A stretch of 63,426 nucleotides of DNA from Rhizaria sp. SCN 62-66 (Eukaryota), in contig MEDY01000012.1 in NCBI GenBank assembly GCA_001724265.1, positions 186,001-249,426 on the forward strand, written 5' to 3'. How positions within the stretch are numbered: position 1 is the stretch's first letter; every line of letters begins with the position of its first letter. The position numbers and the translations under genes are program-made. Below the pieces are notes generated by a model. That model was not told where the DNA came from and searched no databases. It was given only the letters and a program-made list of their open reading frames with translations. Shown piece by piece: positions 46,883-60,186 of the stretch.

Positions 46883-48574
46883 TTAGAGGAAGTAGTCGGG
46901 CGTGCGGCGCGAGACGTGGGGCTCGCCGCGGCGCGGGGCGGGGTCGAACTGGAGGAACGTGTACTCGAGGTGCTCGTCGATCTCCATGATCGCAGCCTAC
47001 AAAACAAACAGCAAGAAAACAAAAATAGAATTGAAACAATGAGATGCGAAAGAGAAGACAAGGGCATGGTTTCAGTAGATATTTTCAGAGTATAGTGAGT
47101 AATATAAAGTCCGGGCTGCTGTGAAGTGAGATTGAGACAAGACATACCTGGTTGCCGCAGCGGTAGCAGTAGTTAGGTGCGGAGAAGATAGTGACGACGT
47201 TCTTCTCGTGGCACCAGTTGTAGCCGTCCATGACGAGCTGGTGCGCGCGCGCAATTAGGGTCAAGCCGTTGGTGTGGTTGAACTGCTCCGACACGTCCTG
47301 GCCGAACGTGTAGCCGGCACCGCGCGGGGAGATGCCGTAAGAGCAGCGGTCGTCGGGGTCGGACCACAGGAGGTCGCACATGGGGCCTTCGTGGGGAACC
47401 TCCTGTGCGCGCAGACGCAAAAAGGGAAAAACCAAGAAAAGAAACAAATGGTGAGATATGTCATCAAGATGTGCGTCTCGTAGAATAATGTGGTGAATAG
47501 AAAGCCGTGTTGTCAAGATAGCAGGGGAAGAATCCGTACCTGAACGCGGTTGAGGTCCATGATGTGGTTGAGCGAGTCGATCGAGGGACTGAGGCCACCG
47601 TGGAGGCAGAAGATCTGCTTCTCGATGAGCGCCGTGAGCGGGAGGTAGTCGAACAGGTCCGTGAAGTGCTTCCACACGTTGGCCGAGCCATACTTGCGCA
47701 GGCACTCGTCGTAGAAGCCGTAGACCTGGGTGATCTGGCGCGACTCGTGGTTGCCGCGCGTGATCGTCACGCGCTCGCGGTAGCGCACCTTAAGCGCGAA
47801 CAGCAGCGATACGGTCTCGACGGAATAGTAGCCACGGTCGACGTAGTCACCCATGAAGAGGTAGTTGGTCTCCGGGGGCTTGCCGCCGATGCGGAAGAGC
47901 TCGACGAGGTCGTGGAACTGGCCGTGCACGTCGCCGCACACGGTCACGGGGCAGCGCACCTCCTGCACGTTCTGCTCCTCGGAGAGGACCTCACGTGCCT
48001 GTAAAGAGGGAAAAGTTGCCGCATCAGCGTATGAGTTGCGTGGTAGGCGCAGGGAGGGAGAGAGGGAAGGGCAAGGTGGGGGCGCGAGTCGGGTAACCGC
48101 GAAGGGCGGACGAGGGGAGGTTGGGGACGAGGAAAAAGACGGAATAGCGGGGATATGAGTTTGTGAAATGGGTAAACAATAAGGCGATAAGATAGGATTT
48201 AGAGCTCTGATTGCTCGTGGTGCCGCTTGGGAAGCAGGAGGAGCGGCGGCAGACAGGAGTCGCGCGTCGACTTCAAATTGTCTACGCGGTGAATCAAGCG
48301 CGGAATAGCATGCAAAACCACAACATCATAGCAATGACGCATATGCGACAGATAGATACACTCGTAGCATACCAACCCATTCAATTGTGGGCGTATTTGA
48401 CGACGACATGGACACCAACAAACCCTGGAAAGTGCCGCGCTGAGCGGCCGATAGATAGAGAGAACGTACCTTGACACAGAGCTCCTGGACCTCGGCTTCA
48501 GTGAGATATTCGCACCGCATGAGGCGCTCAATCCACTTGTCAATCTTGCCGACGTCTTGAAACTTCTTGTCCAT
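46883..48574 (-). CDS. PPP2CA: Protein phosphatase 2A catalytic subunit; exons 48574-48470, 47998-47540, 47402-47148, 46996-46883
   Basis: [29 protein letters not shown] and C-terminal [11 protein letters not shown] stop. Confidence 0.97.
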
Positions 48575-49054
48575 TGTTAACAATGTCCACCGTTCCAGAA
48601 GGCGTTGACTCGGGGTTCAAAAGACCACTTTTCCCCCAAACCCCAAGTCACCCCAAGCCAGAGAGAGCACAGACCGAGCCTGCTCACGGTCAGCGACCTA
48701 ACCTCGGGCACCCGTTGGACCGACCGAAGCGACTGAGACGATTAAAAGAGTTATTCGTCTTGTTATGGTTTGGCCGTCAAATTGAAAACGGGTACTGAAT
48801 TCGAAAATCAATTTAGCGTCTTATGCAATATTCGTTTTTGAATTATTTTACAGAACTCGTTATCCCTTGCAACTCGCACCTTACATCTGACTCACCACAC
48901 ACTGCCTCCCTCTCCATCTCTACCTTTGTGCTCTCTCTAGCTCCACGGTTCGCCCCTTAGCACTTGTACCACCCCTGCTAACCAAACCACACCCTCACAC
49001 AACCCCCGCTTCAGCCGCGCCCTTCCGCGCCGCTGCTTCCCCCGCGCCCGCAGC

Positions 49055-50983
49055 ATGGCCATGGGTCAGAAGAAGGGCGGCATCGCCTTTCTGAGCAAGA
49101 AGTCCTGGGCGACTGGCAACTACGCCAACATCAAGAAGGTGCAGGACGCCGAGGAGGCCGAGCGCCGCGAGCTGGCCAAGGCGGACGAGCTGCGCGCCGA
49201 GATCGCCAAGGAGCGCGAGCTGGAGCGTCTGCGCCAGCTGCAAGCTGACGCGGGGCTTGTCACCGCTAAGTCCACGCGCCTCGACTGGATGTACCAGGGC
49301 ACGCCCATGGGGCCCTCGGACGAGGACTACCTGACCGGCAAGGCCGTGAAGAAGTTTGCCTCCACGGCTGGCAAGGGCGCCGGGGCACTGTCGGCCGCCA
49401 CCGCGGGGTCCTTCGCGGCACCGGGGGGGGCAGGGACGGAAGCTAAGCCGCCGCCGCCGAGGATAACCTCCAGGGGTTGCGGCGCTGGCGTCGGGCTCGT
49501 GAACCTGCTCGGACAGCAGGCGTCGTCGGTCCCCCCGCAAAACACCGCCGCGAACGCCAATAGCAATAACAATAGCAATGGTGCGCCGTCGCTCTCGCAG
49601 TCGGTGCAAGCTGCACGGTCTAGTGCGCTGAGCGAGGCGCAGTCGCACATCCTGTCCCACGCCGACCCACTCAAGGCGGTCGAGGATGAGCGCCAGCGCC
49701 GCATGGAGGCCATTCTCAGCGACCCGGTCAAAATGGCCAAAATCCGCGAAAACGCGCTCGCGCTCGCCGCGCAACAGCTGCAGCTGCAACAAGGGGTGCT
49801 CGCGCCGAGCTCTGGCTCTGTGGGCACCGGTGTCGCGGCTGTGGGCTCCAGTAGCAACGCTGGTGACCGTGAGCGCGACCGTGAGCATCCTCGCAGCGAC
49901 AAGATGGACAAAAAGGACAAGAAAGAGAAAAAAGACAAGCGTCACAGCCGCCGCAGCAGCAGCTACAGTCGAAGCCGCAGCCGCAGTCCTCGTCGTGACC
50001 GCGACCGTGAGCGCGACCGCGACCGCGAGCGTGAGCGTAGTGATCGTGAGCGCAAATACAGCCGCAGTCGTAGTCCTCGTCGCAGTGACCGGAGTGACCG
50101 TGACCGTAATGACCGTGAGCGCGGTGACCGTGACCGTGACCGTGAGCGCGGCAGCAGCGCCCGCGACCGCAGCCGTGAGCGTGACCGTGGTTATGACGAG
50201 CGTGACCGTGAGCGCCATGACCGTGAGCGCGACAGCCACAGACGCACCCACCGCGACCGCAGCCGCAGCCGTGACCGTGAGCAGCGTGACCGTGAGCAAC
50301 GCGACCGTGAGCGCGACTATAGCCGTGACCGCGACCGTGACCGTGACCGCAGTCGCCGCAGCCGCAGCACCAGTCGTGACCGTGAGCGCCGCTATGACCG
50401 TGAGCGCTCTGACCGTGACGACCGGGACCGGGACCGTCATGATGCCAGCAACATTCAGTCCCAGCAGCAGCAGCCGCGCTCGCAGTCACGCTGGGGCACT
50501 GTACCTGCTCAGAACACTCACTCTAGCGCTGCTTCCTCGCACGGACAAGCGCGCTCGCAGCCTCAGCAGACACAGCAACATCGCCCTTTTTCGCACACGC
50601 ATGTGCAATCCTCTCAGAGTTACAAGCGTTCTGGCTCTGGCTCCGGCCCGGTCTCCGCGCTGTCTGCAGCTGAGCGCGCAGCCCGCCTGGCGGCCATGGC
50701 CGAGGCAGGCGTTGTCCATGACAGCGCCATGCGCGCGCGCCGGACCGTGGCCGAGGCTGAGAGCGCCGAAGAGCACGACCGGTTCGTCCGCGAGCGCGCG
50801 CTCGTCGACGTCAACAGCAAGGGCGACACCGCAGGCACCAGCACCGCGACCGCAGCTACAGCAACAGCAGCGGGCAGTGGCAGCGGGGAGGCGGTGCTGG
50901 TGGAGGCGACGCCACAGTTCGTGCTTCAGATGCGCAAGGAGGTCATGTTCGGCAGCATTGACAACAACAAGGACAAGCAGTGA
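49055..50983 (+). CDS. CWC25: CWC25-like splicing factor with RS/RD-rich region
   Basis: AFLSKKSWATGNYANIKKVQDAE, RLDWMY, EDYLTGK, DPL...DPVKM; TGA stop. Confidence 0.85.
   Translation: MAMGQKKGGIAFLSKKSWATGNYANIKKVQDAEEAERRELAKADELRAEIAKERELERLRQLQADAGLVTAKSTRLDWMYQGTPMGPSDEDYLTGKAVKKFASTAGKGAGALSAATAGSFAAPGGAGTEAKPPPPRITSRGCGAGVGLVNLLGQQASSVPPQNTAANANSNNNSNGAPSLSQSVQAARSSALSEAQSHILSHADPLKAVEDERQRRMEAILSDPVKMAKIRENALALAAQQLQLQQGVLAPSSGSVGTGVAAVGSSSNAGDRERDREHPRSDKMDKKDKKEKKDKRHSRRSSSYSRSRSRSPRRDRDRERDRDRERERSDRERKYSRSRSPRRSDRSDRDRNDRERGDRDRDRERGSSARDRSRERDRGYDERDRERHDRERDSHRRTHRDRSRSRDREQRDREQRDRERDYSRDRDRDRDRSRRSRSTSRDRERRYDRERSDRDDRDRDRHDASNIQSQQQQPRSQSRWGTVPAQNTHSSAASSHGQARSQPQQTQQHRPFSHTHVQSSQSYKRSGSGSGPVSALSAAERAARLAAMAEAGVVHDSAMRARRTVAEAESAEEHDRFVRERALVDVNSKGDTAGTSTATAATATAAGSGSGEAVLVEATPQFVLQMRKEVMFGSIDNNKDKQ
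49860..50440 (+). repeat. Coding GACCGT/GAGCGC-type repeat array (RD/RE/RS dipeptides)
   Basis: Read directly within the CWC25 frame. Confidence 0.85.
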
Positions 50984-51359
50984 TATATTGCATTGTTCTA
51001 TCTTTACAAAGTTTACCTATAATCTAATCGCTTAAATCGAAACGAACGATACTCAAATACAAAGATACATTCACTCATTGAAACTTCAGATTAAGAAACA
51101 TAGACTTTGTATCAAATGTGTTTGCTTGGACGCCTGCTCTGTGACCACAAAACATCAACAGCAACAAACACGTGTTTATAAAAGGCTCATTGGCCTAGGT
51201 TACTTTTCTCAGGGGCCTATTGGAATACATCACGTTTAACTGGCCATCACAGCGCCAAATACTAACTATAACACTATATAACGAACGAGAGTTACGCACA
51301 ACCCGTCACTTGCGTTGAGAGCATTCCCCCCTAAGACTATCTGCCTGCCGACAGCGGCT

Positions 51360-53304
51360 TCACAGCCACTTAGACATGTAGGGGCCGTCGAGCTCGTAGC
51401 CCATCTTGCGGTAGTAGTGGCGCGTGCCGACGCCGGCGATGATGGCGAGTTTCTCGCTGCCGTGCTCGTCGCGCGCGATGCGCTCTGCCTCTTCCAGCAG
51501 CAGCATGCCGAAGCCCTGGTGCTGGAACTTGGTCGGATCGCGCGCGTTGACCGGTACCGCGGAGCCGTAGACGTGGAGCTCGCGGATCAGGCTCGAGGGC
51601 TGGCCCACCAGCTCGGGTCGCGTCGTCTCAGCAGAGCACTGGCGCAGGCGAAGCAGCCCGATCAGGATGTCCTGCTTCGGGTCCTCGTACGCGAGGAACG
51701 TCTCCCAGCCTATGAAATTATCAATAACAAGAATAACAAGATAAGAGAATGAGTGAGAGAATGAAAGAGCGATTAAATGTTTGATCAGCATCACAGATTA
51801 AGCATCAAATAAGATAAGACTATGTCAACATCTGCGCAGATGTAGTCACGTACCTCCGTTTGCAGTATAGTCGCGGCGCACGAGCTCGACCTGCCCCGGG
51901 ATGATCTCCTCGTGGATCTGCTTGATGCCAACCTCGCGCGTGCGCACGTCACGACAATGCAGCCCCAGGTCCTTCATGCGCCGGTGCGCCAGGTCGCGCA
52001 GGTTGCCGTGGCCGACGCCCGACGTCACCAGCGGCATGGGGATGTCGCGCTGGATGCGGTAGATGCGCGTCCACGGCGGGACAAGCGCGAGGATGCGCGC
52101 GACAACGTCGACGAGCGTGTCGGGTGGGTAATTGTGGTAGCGGCCCGTCTTGTACAGCTCGTAGAGGCCCGTGCCGCGAATGACCAGCGTCGGGTACAGC
52201 TTGAGCCCGTCGGTGCGGAAGTCAGGGTTCGCAAAAAACTCTCGGAACTGCTCCAAGTCGCGCTCCATGCCCATGTTGGGCAGGTCCGGCATCATGTGCG
52301 CGATGATCTTGAAGCCCGCGTCCTTGGCCATCTTGAAGCTCTCGGTGACTGCGCGCACCGTATGGCCGCGGTTGGTGTCGCGCGCGACGTCCTCGTGGAC
52401 GGACTGGACGCCAACCTCGAGCCGCGTGCAGCCGTAGTGGAGCATCTCGTGGATGTGGCGCCGCTGGCAATAGTCTGGGCGCGTCTCGATCGTGAGACCG
52501 ATGCACCGCGTGCGCGACTGCTCGCAGAAGCGGATTGCCTCGGCCACGGAGCGCGAGCGGTGGCCCGACAGCGCGTCGTGCAGGTTGCGGATGAAGTAGT
52601 CGCGGTAATCCTCGGCCAGCGACATGAAGGTGCCGCCCATGACGATGTACTCGACCTTGTCTGTGGGGTGGCCCAGCCGCTGCAGCTGCTCTACGCGCCC
52701 GCGCGCCTGCTTGTACGGGTCGTAGCGGGCGCGGATGGCGCGCATCGAGGTCGGCTCGTAGCCCGTGTAGGACTGCGTCGAGTACTCGAAGTCCGAGTCG
52801 GGCCCGCCAGGACAGTAGACGCAGATGTTGCCCGTCATGGCGATGTGCGGGCAGCGGTGCGGCTTGGACATGACGGCCACGACGGCGACGCCAGAGGCGG
52901 AGCGGATCGGTTTGGCCATGAAGATGTCGCGCAAGACGGTCTTGTACTTGACGGGAATCGCGGCGATGACTTCGACGAGCTTGGGCGTCTGCGAGCCGTG
53001 CTTGGTGGCGATGCGGGTGCGCAGCGCGTTGGGGTTGATCGGCTTGCCGGCTTCGTAGAGCTGGATGGCCGTCGAGATGATCTCAGAGATTGTGCGCACA
53101 TGGTCCAGGGCCTGGTCCTCGGCCGTCTTCGGGGCGATATAAAAGTACAAAGCGAGAAAGTGGTGAGCTGCACTGTGTTGAAGAGAACGAGCAAGCAAGA
53201 TGGAAGCCGAGTGCAAGTGGGGCTGAAAGCGAAAGCATATAACGAGGGAGGCGTACCTTCTTACGACCGTGGCGCTGAACAACAATATCCTCTTCGTCGT
53301 CCAT
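51360..53304 (-). CDS. ELP3: Elongator subunit 3 (radical SAM plus acetyltransferase); exons 53304-53257, 53126-51854, 51709-51360
   Basis: [67 protein letters not shown] stop. Confidence 0.97.
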
Positions 53305-53673
53305 AACGTCAAACGTTCACCAAAGCTTATTATGACGATCGGAAGTGTGTCAATATTGTCGCGCAAGATCGCCGTCTCATCTCTGCAACAGCGCCGGTGT
53401 GGGGTCGAAAAAATCTGCGAGCAGCATGCGTGATTTAAAGCACCGCGCATTGAGGCTCGTTTTTGTGTGAGCCATTGGCTTTTCTTCGGATATAAAAGGT
53501 AGAACGGCAATCAGCACGTTTGGTTCTCTGCAGGGAATGTTAACTCCGCCCGCCACACGGTACGTGCAATCTTGCCGAAGCCCGTTTTAACATGCTGTTG
53601 ATCAGAGCGCTTCGGCGACGCATACCTTCCTTTCCCGTCCGCCAACCAGCCTTGTTTTATCTCTGTTTGGACA

Positions 53674-56600
53674 ATGTTTTTTCATAGATGGGTGACACTT
53701 GTTGTCCTCTGCATGATCATGACAGTGTTATTCCGCGCAGCCTTTACTATCACCACTGGTGCCCCTCTTTCAGTGTCGCATCAACATGACTCCTCGACAG
53801 TACGCTCACACCTCCACGATTTGTATAGCGATTTTATTCATATATATCACAACTTATTCGCGCGCCGCCTTGATTCCCCCCTAAATGACTTGTTTTGTAT
53901 GTGGTAACATGGTATTAACTCTGAATATTATGGTTCCACCGATATATCTTTACTTTTATCTCCGCCAACCGCTCACCTCGTGCTCGCTCTCTCGGCTCGT
54001 ATCACTCGCGTTTTCATGTGCCACAGACACAGTCCGTGTCAACAGTCAACGTTGCATTCCCGTCTATTGCGGCGGACCCTGTTGCAGCCGCCGCATTGAG
54101 CGCAATCATCACCGAAGCCTCGTATACATCGGTATCCGCCGCGCTCGCTTCAGCCTCTACCAACAATCACAACTCCACCCAGCAGCAACAGCAGCAACAG
54201 CAGATTGCAGTCGCCTCCGCTGCCGCCGCCGCGGCTGCCGTGAGCAAGATCTCCCTCTACCTTGATCAACATGTGCGCAAACACGTCTCGAGCGCAAGTC
54301 AGTCTTCTCACAGCAACGTCAACACAGCCGAGGGTCAGACAGACTACGTCGACATAACCGCGACGTCAACGTCAGCGCCGGCAGCTAAGTCTCCCCTTGC
54401 GCACTCTGCGGCGTCGCTGCTCGCTCCCGTAGCGCCTCTGCAGTCATCGCTCCTGTCGTACGTCCTGTTTGCGCTGCTGGAGCTCGTCTACGCGAACGCG
54501 GTGCCGCTGGCGCTGCTGGCCCTGTCGACGCTCATGGTTTGGCGCGTTGTGCAGGACGTCGTGGCCGTGCGGCGCCGCTGCGTGGACAAGCAGGGCCGCT
54601 CCGTGTCGGCCGAGGACGTGGTGTCGTACCGCGTCGACTACTGGCTGTCGTACTCGATCTGGTCCAAGCCTGTGCTGCTGATCGGACTCATCCTGCTGCT
54701 CGTCACGCTCGGTGGCATCGTCTTCGCTGTCGTCACGGGCGACACGCTGCCTGCGGCGATGTGGCAGGTCTGGCTGCTGATCGTCGACACGGGCGCGCAC
54801 GGTGAGTTCGGCCCTCTGCACCACCGCGTCATCGGGCTCGTCATGACCTGCTGCGGAATGGTTGTCTTCGGTTTCCTCGTCGGTATCGTCACCGAAGTCA
54901 TCGCCGACAAGGTCGACCAGCTCAAGAAGGGCCGCTCGCGCGTGATCGAGCGCAACCACACGCTTATCTGCAACTGGAGCGATAAGACCATTCCGGTCAT
55001 CAGCGAGATCTGCATTGCCAACGAATCCCTCGGCGGCGGCACCATCGTGCTCCTGGCCGACGAGCCCAAGCAGGACCTGGAGCACCGTGTCGCCGAGGCC
55101 GAGATCAACCTCCGCGGCTCCAAGGTTGTCGTCCGCTCGGGCTCTCCCATCATGCTCGGCGACCTCAAGAAGGTCTCGGCCCAGCACGCGCGCTCCGTCG
55201 TCGTCCTGGCGCGTGAAGCCGAGCTGGCGCCCGACGAGAGCGATGCGATGACGCTGCGCACCGTCGTCTCACTCATGGGGCTGGGCGCGGGCCACACGGT
55301 GTGCGAGCTGCGCGACGTGGACAACCGCGACATCATCCAGATCGTCGGCAAGAAGCGCGTCGAGTGCGTCGTCGCGCACGATATCATCGGCCGCATCATG
55401 ATCCAGGCAGCGCTCCAGCCGGGTCTCGCGCTCATCCTCGAGCGCATCCTTGGCTTCCAGGGCAGCGAGAGCTATCTGAAGGAGTTCCCCGAGCTTGTGG
55501 GACTCACGTTTGCGCAAGTCACCACGCTGTTCTACTCGGCCGTGGTGATCGGCATCCGCAAGGCCGACCCTGATGCGGCCAGCAGCGACGACGACGACGA
55601 CGACGACAACGCGGCTGCTGCCGACGGCAAGAAGGGCGGCAAGAACGCCAGCGACGGTGAGACATGCGACAGCGACGACTGTGTCGCGCTGACGACCGAC
55701 GACGGCGACGCTCTGAGGCCCTTTGCGCGCTCTCCGAGCATCAACAACGACGGCAACAATGCCAACAATGTGCTTACGCGCAATAGCGCTGCCAACAACA
55801 ACGCCAGCGCAACTGCGAGCGTGTACAGCTACGGCGGCAGCAGCAGTGGCGCCAGTGCCGCCGCGGCCGCCGCCGCCCTGGCCTCGGGTGGCACCTTCAG
55901 CTACACGCTGGGGAGTAATCCTTTCATGTACCACCGCGACCGCACGACGGGCAAGATCTACCGTGGGTTCCGTTCTTCGCAGCGCAGCGGCGCGGCCGCC
56001 GCCGGGGGCAAACTGCAGCGCGCCAACAGCACCAACAGCACGGGCGCGGGCGGGCTCTTCCCCAGCAAGGGCCTCGGCGGCGACGGCGCGTACCCGTTCT
56101 CCCCCACGCAGTCCAACACGGCCATCAGCGAAGAGGCGACGCTGGCGCTGGGCGGGCTGGGCGCGGCCCCGCGCGCGCCGCGGCTGCTGTGGCTGAACCC
56201 GCCGCTGGACACAGTGCTGGAGAAGGGCGACCAGGTCGTGGTGCTGGCCGAGGATGACGACTCGTACTGGCCCGATGAGCAGCGTCTGGCCAAGCTGCGC
56301 GCCGAGATCCACAAGCTCAACGCCAGCAACAGCAAGGCGGTGGTGGGTGCGAAGAAGAGCGCGACTGCCGGCATGCTCGCGATTGATCTGAACGCACCCC
56401 CGTCTCTCACTGACGTCAACAACAACAGCAACAGCAGCAACAACGCGAACGCTGACAGCAATAACGCGTGCAAGAACACAAGCCGCTGCTCACGCTCGCA
56501 CGCGCACACGGCGTCTGCGTCGCTATACGAGCCGCCGCGCATCAAGGCAGCGCGTGAGTGGATGCGCAAACACCGTTCCTCATCATCGTCCTCGCTCTCG

Positions 56601-59012
56601 GTCCAGCCCTCGCCCGTCTTCACCAGTGCAGACGCCCACGCTAACGCGAAACCCACCGCCAGTGCCAAGGTGCCTAGTAGTAGCGCTGACGATGACGGCG
56701 AGCACACGCTGTTTGAGCGCCGCGTGACGCACTTGCTCTTCATGGGGTGGCGCCGCGACATCGACGACATGATCATCGAGCTCGACGGCTACGTCGGCCC
56801 CGGGTCGACGCTCACGCTGCTGTCCGAAGTGCCCATCGCGCAGCGCGAGCTGGCCCTTGCGCTGGGCGGGCTCGACGTGCGCCGGCTGACCAACGTGGAG
56901 CTGCGCCACAGCGTCGGCTCCCCACTCTCGCGGCGCCACCTGAGCACGCTCGACATGACCTCGTTCGACTCGGTGCTGATCTTGGCCGACGAGACGTACG
57001 AGCAAGACGTGGCGAAGATGGACTCGCGCTCGCTCACGTCGCTGCTGCTCGTGCGCGACATGAACGAGCTTCACGAGACGCAGCTCGTCGAGCGGCTGCG
57101 GCGCCAGGGCGGTTCGCTCGTCGCCGCCGCGGCCACCGCCAGGGCCGAGGCCGAGGCCGGGCTCGGGCTTCCCGTGCTCCGCACCCACCACGGCCGCACC
57201 GTCTCGACCTCGTCCTTCGCCGACACCAGCGCCCTCAGCGGCATCGGCGCGCACGCCGCCGCGAGCGCCGCGCACAGCACGCACAATGCGAGCACCGTGC
57301 TGAGCGCCAGCGCTTCCGGTCTTCTCGCCGCCCCCGCTGCCGCCGTGGCGGGCGAGAGCAGCGCGGGCGCCGAGGGCTGCGACGACGGCGTGTCGAGCCA
57401 CGCCAGCAGCGGGCTTGGCGGGCTCAGCAGCGGCGTGTTCATGGGTCGGCCCGGCATCGCGCGCGCGCGGTCACTGGGTGCACAATCGCACTCATTCCCC
57501 AAGTCCTCTTCCGCCAGCTCCAATGTCGCAACAACCGCGAGTATCTGTGACGAGGACGACGAGTGCGGCAATGCTGCGGGCGCTGCGGCGGCGGCGGCGG
57601 CGGCGGCTGCAGCGGGCGACGACGGCAGCGACCTCGTCGTCGTCACCAACGCCAACGCTGCGAACGACGGCGCGAGCTGTGTGGACAACGGCAAGACCCC
57701 CAGTGGCGACATCGTGGTGGCCAGCCACGACTGCCCCGGCTCCGGCGTGACCGCGTCTGTGGCGCACCCCGCGCGGTCGGCCGTGGCGGTCGAGACCGAG
57801 TCCGACTCCGTGGCCTCGGCCGAGGTCTCCACCCCGCTGTCGCAGCACTCATCCATCACCACCACCGCCAACGCCGCCGCCGCTGCTGCAACTGCTGCTG
57901 CCGCTTCCGCCGCTGCGACGGCGCGTGTCTCTGCTGCTACTGACTCAGCTGCGACTGATGCGACTGCGGTCAGCAACGGCAACAGCGTGACGTTCCGGAC
58001 CAATAGCAACACCACGACTCTCACCGCGCCCGCTAGCATCAGCTTCTTCGACATCAACGCGGTCTCTAACACTGATAGCGCGGCCAACACTGCTGTCGTC
58101 CAGGGCCCCTCTGCTGCTGAGCAGCCGCACCAGAGTCTGCACGTGCAGGTGCAGGGCACGACGACATCGAGACCGATCGGCGACATCATCCCGCCCTCGC
58201 TGCGCCAGGCCATCCCCGCCGGCCTCCGCTTCCGCCGCCGCCTCGACTCCTTTGACGGCAGCGGCGGCGCGAACGCGGGCAGCAACGCCAGCGGGTCTGG
58301 TATGCCGCCGAGCCTTAATCGCCACAGCACAGTCGCGCTGTCGAACTCTGCCTACTCTACCGCGAAGCGCAACGCTGATGCTAACGGTAGCGCTACTGGC
58401 AATGCTGATGGCAAGGGCATCTCGCTCAAGGACATCGCACTCACGGTCACGCAAATCGACTCTGAGCAGCGCAGCAACGCCCACTCAAACGCCAATAGTG
58501 GTGCTAATGGCGACTCGGAGGATATGTTCAGTCCTTCCGACATGCTCACAGGCGCGGGTCTCACGGTCATCAGCGAGATTCTCGACTCGCGCACCAAGCT
58601 CCTTGTCTCCCAGGGCGGCTCCAGCGACTACGTGGCGTCGAACGAGCTCGTCTCTAAGGTCCTCGCCATGGTGGCCGAGGAGAAGGCCATCGCGGAGCTG
58701 CTCAACGAGCTCTTCTCCGCCGAGGGCAACGAGATTTACATGCGGCCCGCGCGGCTCTATGCCGAGCTCGGGGAGAAGGCCAGCTTCTGGGAGGTCTCCG
58801 CGCGCGCACTGGTGCGCGGCGAGGTCGCCTTCGGGTACCTGCGGCGCCCGGGACTCAGCGACGGCGAGCAGGAGAAGGCCGACGGCGAGGAAGATCTCGG
58901 CGCGGTCGGGTACCTGATGCTCAACCCCACCGACAAGGGCCGGCTCGTCACGTGGGGCCGCGAGGACATGCTTGTGGTGATCTGCTCGCGGTGCGGCAAC
59001 AAGGTTTATTAA
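53674..59012 (+). CDS. CASTOR/POLLUX/DMI1-like cation channel with large low-complexity insertions; exons 53674-53799, 54027-59012
   Basis: SYRVDYWLS, filter IVDTGAHG, LKKGRSRVIERNHTLICNW, RSGSP, SDAMTLRTV, AHDIIGRIMIQAALQPGLA, GWRRDIDDMI, DSRSL, ISEILDSRT, SNELVS and EGNEIY; TAA stop. Exon 1 is inferred from ACA|GTACGC and CACAG|ACA. Confidence 0.88.
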
Positions 59013-60186
59013 AGCAGGAAGCGTTACGAGTGAATTTTCGTCTTCATGTCGCACCTTCGCCGAGTTCTGCTTTATGTGATCATGTTGTTACGTTGCTGAA
59101 AAAGCGTCAAGTGTTGCTCCGTAATCCATCCTATACTTTTGTACTGTAATTCAATCATTTGTTTCGTTCTTTTTATCCTCCTTGTAGTATTTTAGTCACC
59201 GTTTGTTTCTGTGTTGTTCAGTCAAGTCGTGTCAGCCGCGCCTGCACTCCCTCCGTATCTGTTTATCGTCATTCCCTTTCATGTTGGCTTGGTATTGCTC
59301 GCGAAACTACGTCGTGTGCTGGCAGCTGTGCTGTTGCTGATGTAAGTCCATGTTTGTGTGTGTAATTCGTGTCAGTGGTTTTGCCCATAATCCTTGCTTG
59401 ATAGTGATGTGGTTCGTCAGTTTAACGAAGCCTATGCCACTTCCTCAAGCATGGAAATGATCACCTGCTCACACGCGTCCTCCAACATTCACGTGAACTT
59501 GTATTATCTGAAGCACGCGTATAGTTGCCGCAAAAATCATCTGCAATGATGAGCCGCCATCTCATTTGTCTTAATGTTCTGCTACCATCTGTGTAAAGAT
59601 CGAAACGACCACAAAGCTTAGCATCCCTTTCAGAACTAAGGAATGTTCATAGTACCATCGATCATATCTCACGCTTGATTATACCATAGAGCTTTGCATC
59701 ACCCTGTTTGTGGTGTTGGATAAGATAATAACATGCCTGCATCAGTCATCAGCTGAAATGTTGTATTGTTTTCTTGTTTGTGATAGCACAAGTATACAGT
59801 GTATTTGCACTGTGATGTGTGTACAATGGAAACGACGCAACTGCTGCTCTTCTTGTTATTGTTTGCTGCTGTCGCTTATATTGGTCTCTATCATTTCTAA
59901 ATGCTGTATTGTGCAATTACGCAAGTTTCTATTTCAATGCCTTGCTTTGTTTTCGTTCTTCGTTGATTGATTCACCTGTCCTAATAATCGCCTTCTTTTT
60001 GTTTTCTCCTGACTTCATTTTAAAAACACGCAAATAATCATACAAAATCACATCTGTATATGTTCGTTTCGAGCATAAGATTCTAGGTCAAAGATAATCA
60101 GGTGTATGAAACGTGCGTGCGTACATATTTGCATGCGAGACTAAATAAACATCAATAAATAATCGAAAAGAAGCGCGTGTGCACCT

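Noticed and set aside
48995-51035. Long antisense or alternate-frame ORFs (e.g. 48995-50440 minus, 49686-51035 plus, 51912-53306 plus, 29383-30477 minus, 8798-9739 plus)
   Set aside because: Shadows of GC3-rich or repetitive real genes, with no motifs of their own.
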